Below, one piece after another: positions 50,236-61,974 of a stretch of 64,000 nucleotides of DNA. The DNA is from Felis catus (Eukaryota). The translations under genes were made by a program, and so were the position numbers. The notes beneath the pieces were generated by a model. That model was not told the DNA's origin and ran no database searches. It saw only the letters and a list, made by a program, of their open reading frames with translations. Within the stretch, counting starts at the first letter, position 1. Every line of letters begins with the position of its first letter. Where the stretch lies: positions 119,476,001 to 119,540,000 of the forward strand of contig NC_058368.1 of assembly GCF_018350175.1 (NCBI RefSeq), in the 5' to 3' direction.

Positions 50236-51433
50236 ATGAAAAGAAATAGAAAAGGAGATCAAGGATATGACCTCGGGTGTCTTTTAAGCCAGGGTAAAGA
50301 CTTCAGGTTTTTTCCTAAAGGGGATTTGGAGAAGACCTTGTGGGTGCCCCAGTGGAGGACAGATGGCTAATAGCAGATAGCAGGAAACTAGCATACTGCA
50401 GGCAAGAAAGGTGTGAAAAGTAACTTTATTAACCAGTAAAGAGAAACTGCTCACCTAAATAAGGTATACATTCAAGCAACCACCAAGCCATTTTTGTAGC
50501 ATTCTTTCCAGAGATCTTTAGAATTTGAAAAGGGAAATAATAAAAGCGTAGTGAATAGACAGCAGGATCAGACGCTGAAGGGTAGGTAGAAGGAATTAAA
50601 TGATTAGTCAGCATGAGTGCCGAGTGCCTTCTAAGTGACCATGAATATTCAGGTAAATGTGTCTGGCTGGAAGATTACTGAAACAGCAGGTACCCAGTGG
50701 ACAAAATGTACTCAAGTAAATTTCTAATTAACAGACAATGTAGTATTGACTGATGCCCTGTTAGGTCTAAGTCTGGGTGTACAGATGGCAGCCTACATCC
50801 AGGCAAAAGATGAAATATTCAGTAACCATCTGGGTAGGCCTTGCCATCACACCAGATGTCTGACTCATTGGAAACACCTGGAATATTGACCTGACTGTCT
50901 GCTTTTCCTATGAAAACCTGTAGTGATGCAAGCCTGGCCACAGGGTCTTGGAGAGGTTACAGTATCCATTGACCATGGTAGGAGTTCAGGGAAATATATA
51001 TTCAGGTAATTTGGGTGGATTCTAGTGCCTAGGCTAGCTGCTTCAATGCCCCAGAATCTAGTTTTTCTGTTTATATATGTAAGACTTGACCCTGCAGTAT
51101 TATGCTACAATACTAAATCAGTCATCATTCCAAAACGCATTTAAATCCCCATCTCCTAAAACGTGGTCAGCAAACTTGCCATCTCATAATGTGAAATGTC
51201 AGTGTTTCCCAAAACTATCCCTCTTAGAACTCAAATGTGTTAGATGGGGTCACCTGCCTCATATGAAATCAAGGACTTCTCACAATGTCCTGTAGAGTTG
51301 GCTTTGCTTGGTTATTTCCTTACAGATGCCATAAACTTGTACTTCCTCTTCTGTCTCCTCCAGTTTGAAAACAGAATCAGAACCAGAATTTTAGGGGCAA
51401 TCACTAAGTTCCGATCAAGAATCTTCCTACAGA

Positions 51434-51573
51434 TATAAAAATGTTGATTCGAAGGGGCACATGCACCCCAATGTTTATAGCAGCACTACTGACAATAGTA
51501 TAGAAATAGTTCCAAAGCATGGAAAGAGCCCAAATGCCCATGGACTGATGAATGGATAAAGAAGATGTGCTGT

Positions 51574-51615
<42 letters not shown>

Positions 51616-52037
51616 GAGTATTACTCAGCAACCAAAAAGAATGAAACCTTTACCTTTGCAACAACATGACTGGAACTAGAGTATATGCTGCTGAGCAAAA
51701 AAAGTTAGTCAGAGAAATACAAATACATGATTTCACTCGCGTGTGGAATTTAAGAAACAAAACAGATTAACATAGGGGAAGGGAAGCAAAAATAAGATAA
51801 AAACAGAGAGGGAGACAAACCCTAAGAGACTAAAATACAGAGAACAAACTGAGGGGTACTGATGGGGTATTGGGTGGAGGGATGGACTAAAAGGGTGATG
51901 AACATTAAGGAGGGTACTTGTTGGGATGAGCACTGGATCATATGTAAGTGATGAATCATTAAATTCTATTCCTGAAATCATTACTACACTATATGTTAAC
52001 TAACTTGGATTTAAATTTTTAAAAATGTCTTAAAAAA
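51434..52037 (+). mobile_element. 5'-truncated carnivore L1 (end of ORF2 plus 3' UTR) with TSD
   Basis: catgcaccccaatgtttatagcagcac, gatgaatggataaagaagatgtg, ctatatgttaactaacttggatttaaa; TSD aagaat(c/a)ttcctacaga at 51417-51433 and 52038-52054; internal (CA)n. Confidence 0.95.
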
Positions 52038-52772
52038 AAGAATATTCCTACAGACAATGAAAGCCTACCTGAAGGAGAGCTCTGAAGACAACAGAAACCA
52101 CAGGAACCTCAGAGTCTCACCATTGGGGATTGTCTCTGCATATGCACTGACTCTGTCTTCAGGGTAGTATAGTTCTAGTTTTAAAGTGGTCTAAGAAAAC
52201 AAATCAGAATAACTGACAAAAGAAAACACATTTACTCTTTTTGAAAAACACTTTTGAGTGAAATGTTGTCACTTCTTAGCTTATTGAGGACTGGAATCTA
52301 TTTTAACTTAAAGTTTGACTTCCTCATCAAAATGCTTGGGGATAGCACTCTGTATTGTATTGGCTTTGGATGCTAAGAGACATGATTTCAAGTTCTAACT
52401 CTGACACTTCCTAGCTATTGGATTTTCCTCAACCTATGGTAAATCTTTTTGAACAATGAAATACTGCGTCTAAGTTAGGAATTGTATGATTTTTTTATAT
52501 TCACATATAAAGTGTACTTAAGGTTCTATCCAACTCTATAATCTATATAATGTTCTTGACTTCTTTTGTGATTTATTTTGTCTTGCTAGAGTGCTAATGG
52601 TAATGGTCTACAGTGCTAATATCTTTCTATTGCCTTTAATAAGGCTCTTAAAAGACACAATAAAATATTTGCTAAATAACTTAATACAGCCAATTTAATT
52701 AAAATAAGGTTTTAAAAGGTGGTCATGTAGATGTAAACTGGTATAAGTTTGTTTCCTGATTAGAAAAGTATA

Positions 52773-52985
52773 GGGGCTCCTGGGTGGCTCAGTTGGTTAA
52801 GTGTCTGACTTCAGATCAGGTCATGATCTGATAGTTCATGAGTTCAAGCCCTGTGTCAGGCTTTGTGCTGACAGCTCAGAGCCTGGAGCCTGCTTTGGAT
52901 TCTGTGTCTCCCTCTCTCTCTATTCCCCTCCCCTGCTTGTGCTCTGTCTCTCCTTCAAAATAAATAACCATTAAAAAATGTTTTA
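52773..52985 (+). mobile_element. CanSINE (SINEC_Fc-type)
   Basis: canonical head, body and tail. Confidence 0.96.
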
Positions 52986-54389
52986 AGTATATGGAATTAT
53001 TGAAAAGAATCTGAAGACTATAGAAAGCATAAAGAATAAATTTATAAATAATCACTGTACTGAGAGAGGAATCATTAACCTTTAGGTGTATCTCTCTCAT
53101 TTTTTGCCTTCTGGGTATGTGTGTGTGTGTGTGTGTGTGTGTACATGTATACCCATGTGACTACTAATTATTAACAAAATTGGAGTCACCACATACTGTT
53201 TTGCATCCCAATTTTTAAAGATTTCTTCCTATGGATGGGCCTTTTGGTATTTAGGCATTGAGACTTATCCATGAATAGGAATGGGGTAACACTTTGGGAT
53301 TCCCAATGTCCTAAGCCAAGAATTGCCACTTTGCTATTCAAGGAGAAAAAATTGAGAATTGTTTGAAGGTCTTTCTCTAAGCAATAATAAATATGAGTTA
53401 GAGAGGCTCCTACAAGAACCCAAACATTAGCAATTTAATTGTCGGCTATCATCTCATCCCTCCTGAGGTCATGGAATTAGGATCTTCTTCATCTTATGCT
53501 CTAAAAAAGCAATTGCAAACTTTGTGGTTTATCTTTTCAAAGAGAAATTTGACACATTTGGGATCTCTGGCTACTTTCATCTAGAGGAATTCTAATACAA
53601 ACCGAAGGTGGAAGAAATTTAGCATTTCAAGAAGAAGGAAACTTTTCCTAACTCCAGAATTTTGGAAGAAGGGAAGCTTTGTTGAAGGAACTTGAAATCA
53701 CCCTGGGAATACATGCAGCTTGATTCTTTTATCTGCAGACATCATTAAAAACAAACCTTAAATCAAAAGGAAAGATTGATGTGAGTGCTTTGAACAAACA
53801 GTAATGATTTATAAAAACCTACAAATCCTAGAAATAGAACCTCCACAAGTCCCTCCTCTGCCTCCTTTTTGCTTCCTGGGCTGTGACCTAAGTTCAGGCT
53901 CTCTCCCTGCAGGCTTACCCCCAAACCTCTCACCTTTATCCAGTGTGTCCCACAACAGCTGAGCACATCAGGTAGAAGAGAAAACAGAGCAGGGTGTGTG
54001 CCGGGACCGTATTTTCACTTTCAGTACATCCGTGGAGGTTTTGAGATTTGGGGTAGCAGAAGCAATTGGGTGCCATTACTACAGAAGTTATAAAACCTAG
54101 TGGTTTTTTTCCTTTAATATATGAACTTAACGACTTCTAGTGAACCCCCAAATGGAAGTTGGGCTAGATCTTCCTAGAATGGCTCCTTCCCATCACTACA
54201 TTTCTCCAGAGTCCTGGGTATCCTAGCATATGTCAGCAAGTGAATTAGGGGAAAGCTACACATCCTTCCTTTCAAATCTCTTCACTCAATACTCCCTTCA
54301 TTCATTAATTTTTATGTCACTGAGGCATTGGCCCTAAACCCTCATCCTCCTCTATCCACATCCTTTGTCAATGACTTGTTTTGGCCAGT

Positions 54390-54701
54390 GGAGTAGAGCT
54401 CAAAGTGGCTGTGTACCAATTTGAAACCTATTCTTTAAAAGGCACCATATGTTTCTACTTGCTCTCTTGTGATCCTGCCTTCTGCCATCATAAGAACACG
54501 TTCCAGCTAGCCTGCTTTTCTGAGCGGGATGAGAGGCAGGCAGCACACCCAACCTACAGCTTGGAACCAAGCCCAGTTAAGCTGTGTCTGATCAGTCAAT
54601 CTCCAGATAACTTGTAGATGCATAAGTGAAATATATGCTTACTGTCATATGCCATTAGGATTTTTATAACTGTTTGTTACACAGCAATCGCTGACTGATA
54701 A
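54390..54701 (+). mobile_element. MLT1H/I-type MaLR LTR (partial)
   Basis: ctgccatcataagaac…; 3' end tgtttgttacacagcaatcgctgactgata. Confidence 0.7.
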
Positions 54702-55189
54702 CGTTTATGCATGCATGCCTTCTTCATTCAACAAGCACTTAGAGAATATCAGTTGTGAGGCAATGTGCAAGGTTGGCATTAGGCAGAGAACAAAAATAAG
54801 ATGCAGCCTCTGCTCTCATAGAACATATTTTATAGTAAGATAAGTAAACACGTAGTTATAACATAGTATCCTAATTATTTTAAGAGTGAAAGTACAGGGT
54901 GCTACAAGAGAACACAAGAATGATACCTAACTCGGAGAAGGTCGATTTAGGATATCTTCGTGTCTGGCCCACAGTAGGCCCTATTTGTAAAATAAATTTT
55001 GAATAAAAAATAATAAGCTAACACCAGAAGAATAAATAATAAGGCAAAACTAGTGTGCATAAGAATGGATGAGTGAGAGAGAAGTATTTCAATGAGCGAA
55101 AACAGCAGGGACAAAGGCCAAGTTGCCAGAAACTATCAAATATGTATTTACCTCTTGAATACTAGTTTGAGATATCTTTGCATGTAAAT

Positions 55190-55340
55190 CTATGGTGCTC
55201 AGATTTCAGTGAGCAAACAAAAAAGCTGAGATAACGTGTTTAAAATGTAGATTCTTAGTCCATATATCTAGAAATCCTGACTCAGCAACTCCAGTGGAGA
55301 GCCTAGAAATCTGAATTCTAGTAGCTCCCTTGCTGTATTT
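55190..55340. mobile_element. MER5-family MITE fragment
   Basis: tttaaaatgtagattctt…ctgactcagcaactccagtggagagcctagaaatctg. Confidence 0.55.
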
Positions 55341-55808
55341 GAGATGGCAAAACTACAGAAGTAGAATTAACTTCCTCCATAAATATATTATTTTCTCCAT
55401 TTCCTAAAAGGCTTTGAAACAAAAAACAAAACATAGTCCTTAATTACTGATTCCATTACCTAGTTCTTTTAGTTTACTTGTTTTCTATTTCTGGGCAGGG
55501 GGACAGGGTGATTTTAAGAAAAAGAGACTAAGACTTCGGAGCCACTGACTCAAAAGTTTATTTCTCAGACCAAAGCAAAATGCCTAAGAAGGGTTTTCTG
55601 GGACTTCCTTGTTTTCTGAATGGGTACCATTGCTCTCTATACCCAGAGCTCTGATCATGCTGTAAAACTCTCGGTTTCTTCTCTCACAACAGGTATCTTC
55701 CACCTAATTTTTTCTCCTTTACCCACTTGGTGAGACCTCTTAATCCTACAAAACCAAGCTCAAATACTCCACTGGGAAATCTTCCATAATGCTTTGCAGA
55801 ATTAATGA

Positions 55809-55852
55809 CTCATTCATTCATTCATTCATTCATTCATTCATTCATTCATTCA
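55809..55852. repeat. (TTCA)n microsatellite (L2 tail-derived)
   Basis: direct reading; followed by ctgagaacttaaaatgtgccaggca. Confidence 0.95.
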
Positions 55853-55984
55853 CAGACTTGACTGATATACTGAGAACTTAAAATGTGCCAGGCATTTGAG
55901 ATAGCTTGAGAAACAAGGCTTAGTTCCTGCCATCAAGCTTAAGTTATTCTTCCTCACAGAGTTTTGTTTTTGCAGCTAATTGTT

Positions 55985-56210
55985 GGAGCTACGTTTGCTA
56001 AGCACTTAGTTTGCTCCAGGATCTGTGCTAAGCCTTCTATTTGCATTGAAACCTATAACATGTTTCACTAGCCCCATTTTATAGATGAGAGAAATAAGGC
56101 AGAGAGAGAGAGCTTAAAGAATTTTCCCAAGATCTCATTGCAGGGTGAAGTCACAGAACTGGGATTTCAATGTAGTTAGACTGAGTTCAGAGGCTTTGCC
56201 TTAATCATGT
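55985..56210 (-). mobile_element. MIR SINE
   Basis: ccccattttatagatgagagaaataaggcagagag. Confidence 0.8.
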
Positions 56211-57422
56211 GATAACACTCCTTGCTATAACTTTATCCAAACATTCATTGTATAGTATTACAATTAGCTATTTACCTGGCTGCTACTCTCATTACACTTT
56301 GAACAATTCCACAGAAAGCACAAAGAGAAAATCAATTCTACGTCACAGAGTACTTGGCATATAAAATATATATTAAAAAATAATCACTGGCTCATAGAAA
56401 TTGAAATGTTTATTTCCAACGGCAAGTGAGCTTTGATAAGTGAAGCATGACCAGATTGAATTGTTGTGTATTTCTGGAACTGGAGTATAATGCATAATTT
56501 AGAATTTGGAGGGTGTTCAATTTTAATCTTGTACTACTTGGCTGCATTCACGTTGTCTGGTTAAAATAGTTTCTTTTATTTTCGGTTATTTTTTTTAAGA
56601 AATGCATTGTAGTAAAATATTTATCTTTTGTTATATGTTAATAGGAATCAAATTTAAATCTTCTTTGATATGGTAATAATAGCAAAAGTGCACTAAACAT
56701 TTCCTCTGTGCCTGACACTATGCCAAGCACTTTACTTGTACTCTCTCATCGAGTCTTCCTCAAAGGATTCGGACACACAACTCTTTACTGCCAACTCAGA
56801 CTTCCTGTTCCAGCTCCAAGGTGGAAAGAGCTCATAGGTTATCAGTCCCGCCTTTACAACAACAAAAGGTGGGCAATCTAAATATCAGTAACTTCTGAAA
56901 CAGGCAGAGAACTGAGGTGGAAGGACAGCCACACTGAAATACAGAGACTGTCACATACAGAGTCACAGACAGAACTGTTTATTGGCAGCAGGAGCCACTA
57001 GAACCATAAATTGGTGGGAACACTTAATGGTGATTTTTAATAACCTGATGGAGTCCGAGTATATATAGTAGCATGACAGAAACAGTCTCATGGAGGGGCT
57101 ACCATCTCAGAGGGCCCTCAAACTTTGATGGGTTCTACCTCCAGAAACATACCATATTCTCATAGTGAAGAACCAGGGAAGATCCCTTCCTGGCTTTGGT
57201 GGAGGTGTGGGGGAAAGAGAAGGGGGAGAGCAGTAATCCTGCTGAAATACTCTCAGAACCTTCTCCGTAACAAAAGCCTACTTTCTAAGGAAAAGATTTG
57301 GACAGCAATGCCCCCTGGGAGAAGGGCATTCCTCCTACCACAACCTCCTCTCGGTTTTCTGTCTCACAGAAAGGAGGGAACCATAGTCAACATAAGTCAG
57401 GGCTTTAAGAATAGAGAATGGA

Positions 57423-57636
57423 GGGGCGCCTGGGTGGCTCAGTCGGTTGAGCGTCCGACTTCAGCTAGGGTCACGATCTCATGGTCCGTTGAGTTCGAGC
57501 CCCGTGTTGGGCTCTGGGCTGATGGCTTGGAGCCCAGAGCCTGCTTCTGATTCTGTGTCTCCCTCTCTCTCTGCCCCTCCCCTGTTCATGCTCTGTCTCT
57601 CTCTGTCTCAAAAATAAACAAAACGTTAAAAAAAAA
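57423..57636 (+). mobile_element. Young CanSINE with TSD
   Basis: CpG-rich ggggcgcctgggtggctcagtcggttgagcgtccgact; TSD aagaata(g/t)agaatgga at 57407-57422 and 57637-57652. Confidence 0.97.
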
Positions 57637-57652
57637 AAGAATATAGAATGGA

Positions 57653-57866
57653 GTGGTGCTTAAGTGGCTTAGCCAGTTGTGTCTGACTCTTGATTTTGGC
57701 TCAGGTCATGATCTCATGGTTCATGGACTCAAGATCCACATTGGGGACCTTGCTGACAGCTCAGAGCCTGCTTGGGATTCTCTTTCTTTTTCTGCCCCTC
57801 CCCCACTTGCATGCAGTCATGTGTGCTCTCTCAAAATAAATAAATAAAACTTAAAAAAAATAAAAA
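57653..57866 (+). mobile_element. Older CanSINE directly downstream of the previous one
   Basis: diverged head; ctgactcttgattttggctcaggtcatgatctc. Confidence 0.92.
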
Positions 57867-58909
57867 GGAAGACTGTAATGTAATTATAAGATTATGGAAA
57901 CTTCTCCCTCTCCACACCCTGTCACTGCAATAACAGGGCTCTGGTGTAATAACAGTGGATTACAGTTCAAAGAGCTGCAAGATATACATTCTCTCTAAGA
58001 AGAAGTACTTAGGGAATTCCAAAATCAAGGGGAGGGACAAAAACAAAGACACTAGAAGAATATGAACCTCTGGCACCTACAGAGACAGCAAGCATTAAAC
58101 GGAGCCCAACTCCTAGGCAGATTAACTCAAATCCTTAGCTGAAGTTCTTAGTATCAAGTACAACAACAAAAACCCAGACTGTTCAAGCTAGAGACATTCT
58201 GACCTGAAAGATTCTAAAAATTGAGGCAAAGGGAGGTTTAGGGCAAATCTGTTAAGACAATTACTGAAATCTTTATTATCTTTACCAATATCTGAACACA
58301 GAGTCAATCCCAATGAAAGCCTGTCAATTCTACTAGTAGTTAGGGCCAAAAAACAAAACTATCAAATCTGGATTATGCCTTGAGCTGTCAGTCTTGGTAT
58401 AGAAGAGCCCAGAAAGTATGGAAAATGGCCACTGGCAGAAGAAGTGTCTTTTTAAGACTTGTCTCCTCTGCTTCTAGGTTCTCACACTTCCAAACCGCAC
58501 CCTATTCCCAGGCACTCCTAACTCAAGGTTAGTGTCAAGCTGACGCAAGTTGCCAAACACATCAGAGAAGAATCTTTTATTTTGGATAGGTGCTCCACTG
58601 CCTGAAAACTTTTTCCTTATCTCATTATTTTTTCTTTGATAGTCAAATCACATGTCCTTCTCTGTGGGATCTTCCTGAATTGAATCTCTGTCTCCAGCCT
58701 TCCTCAGGATTCTCATGACAATGTCTTCTTTCCTCTGGTGATACACAACTGTAACTCGCTGTGTTCATGTCTGCTTTCCCCAATGGACTGAGAGTTCCTC
58801 CAGAGGAGGAGACATGTCTTATTCATCTTTCCTTCCCCAGTATCCAATAGTTCTTGGTGCATGCATGGAAAGTGCTCAAAGGAGGTTACTGTGAGGCATA
58901 ATGATGATA

Positions 58910-59140
58910 ACAATAATAGAAACTATTTGTTGACTGTGTATTTTATTCTATACCAGGTTCTCTGCTGAGAATATGCATTATCTCATGCGATTCTCACAAT
59001 AATCTTTATAAGGTGAATATTGTTGTCATTGCTATTTGTGTAAGCAAGAAATTGAGGCTTGCAAAGATAAAGTAATTGCTCATGTCCCCCAGCAGGGCAG
59101 AATTTGAACCCAGATGGCTTGTTTCCAAAGCCCATTCTTA
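58910..59140 (-). mobile_element. MIR SINE
   Basis: ttctcacaataatctttataaggtg…gaaattgaggctt…gcagaatttgaacccag. Confidence 0.8.
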
Positions 59141-59482
59141 GGCTAAGAAACACTGTCCTATTGTGACTATCCCATCACCAAAAGGCAGACATAATTTCTA
59201 AAATGGAAAAAAAGTTTTATATTTATTTAGTATGGAATAATGTGCCACCAGAGTTCTGTTTTCTTACCCAAAAGATATATCTCAGAAATATCTCAGTTAT
59301 TCATTGGAAGTACTTAGCAAATTGCCTTTAGGAGGGTAACCTCCCTTTGAGTCACTGAAGGTAGAACTCCTTAACACAGTGGATGTATTAGGAAGATGGC
59401 TCCACTGCCAAGGGAAGGGGGCAGCATGAGGTCTTTGGATTCGGGGATGTAAGAGGAAGCTCTGCCCAGTCCCCAGTGAAGG

Positions 59483-60068
59483 TGATGAGGAAGCATAAGG
59501 CAAGCTGACAGGCCACAAACACCCCCACTCCCGGGTGGCATATGTGTGATATTCCTCAGGCACTCCTGGTTCCCCAAGAACAAAGGAAAGGAGAAAAAAA
59601 AATGGTTAACTGATAGAGATCATAGTTTTGCAGGACCTAAATCTTCATCATCCCTCCATAGTGATGTGGGAAACAAAGACAGAAGGAAGTGGCAGATAGA
59701 ACTATTTTCCTTATTACTTGCAGCCCACTGACAAATACTTGAGGCTGGCAGAGTAAAACCTTTCTCCAGGAACTCTCTCCTGTCTTAATGTTAATGCTTT
59801 GCTAGAGGGAAAAACAACCTTAGCTAGGTCTCCAGTACCTGTGAGTCTTCTTTAGCATATGGAAGTCTCACTGGAAACTTCCCCTGTACTTTACCTCCCC
59901 CAACTCCATAGTATATAACCAGTCTCTCCTCATGGTCCCTGGGCAGCTCTTCCTGCCCACGTGCTTCAATAAAATCACCATTTTGCACCAAAGACGTCTT
60001 CAAGAGTTCTTTCTTGGTGGTCAGCTCTGGACCCCATGAACTCCACTGTCACTCCAAACACCTCATCA
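59483..60068 (+). mobile_element. ERV1-type solo LTR (586 bp)
   Basis: termini TGATGAGG…CCTCATCA (8-bp inverted repeat), 4-bp TSD AAGG, TATATAA at 59912, AATAAA at 59968. Confidence 0.9.
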
Positions 60069-60583
60069 AAGGGAGTGGGGGAAAGGAAAGTCATCAGGAC
60101 TCTTGATCCATGAGATGCAGGAATCCTGAGCTAATCTTGTCTAAAGCCAGCATCTAGGAGCTGGATGGTGGCTTGGTTAATGAGCACTATTCTGAATGCC
60201 AGAAATGAGCCTGCACCAGCATCTAAGGCAGAAGCCACAATGGAGGATACACAGTGCCCACCATGGTCCTCCAGACCAGCTGGGTGTCCCCTAAGTTTCA
60301 CCGACTATTTTCCTCTAGACGAGCTGCCACAAAACTGCCTGCACCTCTCCCCATGGTCACAACTGAAGATGACATGCCCTTATTCCAGCTGCCAAAGGGG
60401 ACTCTCTCATGATGGCAGGGATTGAAAATACCTCTGATTCCATCATATTAAAATGGCTTACTTTGTTATCAGCTATTTGGCTGTGTCTATGTTAGGCTTT
60501 TCTTCTTACCCATCTAATTTCATCTGACAACAATAGAGATATATAATGTGCAACATAATTTGGACACAGCCAGGGTCACCTAA

Positions 60584-61098
60584 TGAAACAGGGTGCTGTC
60601 AAAAAAACAACCAGATGCCGAATAGAAGCAAGGCAAGATTTTATTCACAGCTGGGCCAAACCTGATCTCCTGATCTTAAGGAGAAAAGTGCAGAGAATGG
60701 CCCCAAACAAAGGTAGCAGTGAGCTTATATGGATTTTAGCAAGTCAGAATACGTCATTATTTGGTTAACCAATTACAATTTACAACATTTCATGGTAGCC
60801 AATTATATTGTGACACACAGACATTAGTTTTGGCGGGAACCTATCAATTTAAAGTTCTTTGTCCTAAGAGGGTTTAAAATGACCAATCATAGTTAGACAC
60901 CTGCGATGCCATAGGGCAGCGAGTATGTGACTTTTTACACGTTGGTCTTGCCTAAGCCAGATCTTGGTAGGGGGGGTGGGGGAGCGTTTGGCATCCTAAG
61001 TTATCTGTTTAGCAAGCAGGCGAGGTCACAGAAGCGAGATATGGCGGTTAGTAATTTCCGATAACCCTAATAGAGAACTACATAAGCCTTTTACCTCA
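60584..61098 (-). mobile_element. ERV-type solo LTR of an unrelated family
   Basis: minus strand TGAGGTAAAAGG…CCCTGTTTCA; TATA-like (about 60725) then AATAAA (about 60640) in the correct order; CpG-retaining; no clean TSD. Confidence 0.65.
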
Positions 61099-61399
61099 AT
61101 TATTCATAAAAGGTGAGTTTAAGCCGAACTTATATGCAATAAGCTTTCTGATATCTTATAAGCTGACCTATTACACTATGAAGGGCCAGTGGGGTAAGTC
61201 TAATAACTGCTGGTGGGTGCCATCTACATGGAAGACATTCTGCTTAAGGTAACAGGAGATCAATGTGGGATGGCATGAGATTTTTCTCCAAGTATATCAG
61301 GCAAAGATTTGGAAATCCTCATTTTTCTTGTTCATGCTGAAAAGGTGTGAGCCCTAGAACTTTGACATTACCTCAATTCAAGCTTGAAATATATTGGAG

Positions 61400-61425
61400 T
61401 CACACACACACACACACACACACAC
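61400..61425. repeat. (CA)n microsatellite
   Basis: direct reading. Confidence 0.95.
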
Positions 61426-61539
61426 TAATAAAAGGGAGCATGATAGGATGCGGAAAAAAAAGCAGAAAAGCTTCAAACAGAATTAGCCAGTCTTTAAATT
61501 CCTCAGGGGCTTCTTAAATCCCATGCCACTACTGGCTGA

Positions 61540-61974
61540 TGACGAGGTTGAGGTTTTTGGGGTGATAGTGGAGTTCGTGGGGTCCAGAGCCGATGACCAA
61601 GAAAGAATTCTTAAAGACGTCTTGGGTGCCAAAAGGTGATTTTGTTGAAGCACAGAGGCAGGACGCTGCACAGAAAGAGCTGCCCCAGGGCCATGAGGAG
61701 AGACTGGTTATATACTATGGAGTTGGGGGAGGTAAAGTACAGGGGAAGTTTCCAGTGAGATTTTCAAATGCTAAAGAAAACTCACAGGTAAGGAGACAGA
61801 GCTATTGTCAAGCTAAGGTTGTTTTTCCCTCTAGCAAAGCATTAACATTAAGACAGGAGGGAGTTCCTGAAGAAAGGTTTTACTCTGCCAGCCTCAAGTA
61901 TTTGTCAATGGGCTGCAGGTTACAAGGAAAATAGTTCTATCTGCCATTTCCTTCTGCCTTTGTTTCCCACATCA
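61540..61974 (-). mobile_element. ERV1-type solo LTR (435 bp), short relative of 59483-60068
   Basis: reverse complement aligns by eye to 59662-60068; TG…CA termini; flanked by GCTGA on both sides. Confidence 0.9.

Larger units (their letters stand above)
56798..58200 (+). mobile_element. Old L1M 5' UTR remnant, interrupted by two CanSINEs
   Basis: begins gacttcctgttccagctccaag; cagagaactgaggt…; later ggagggacaaaaacaaagacactagaagaa. Confidence 0.55.

Noticed and set aside
57423..57505. tRNA-like A and B boxes
   Set aside because: Pol III promoter of a tRNA-derived SINE head, not a tRNA gene.
7826..57847. Recurrent MAQSV…/MAQLV… ORFs
   Set aside because: All are CanSINE translations, not a gene family.
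59483..61974. Single provirus or TIR transposon bounded by the two related LTRs
   Set aside because: The LTRs are inverted, each has its own TSD, and no PBS, gag or pol sequence lies between them.
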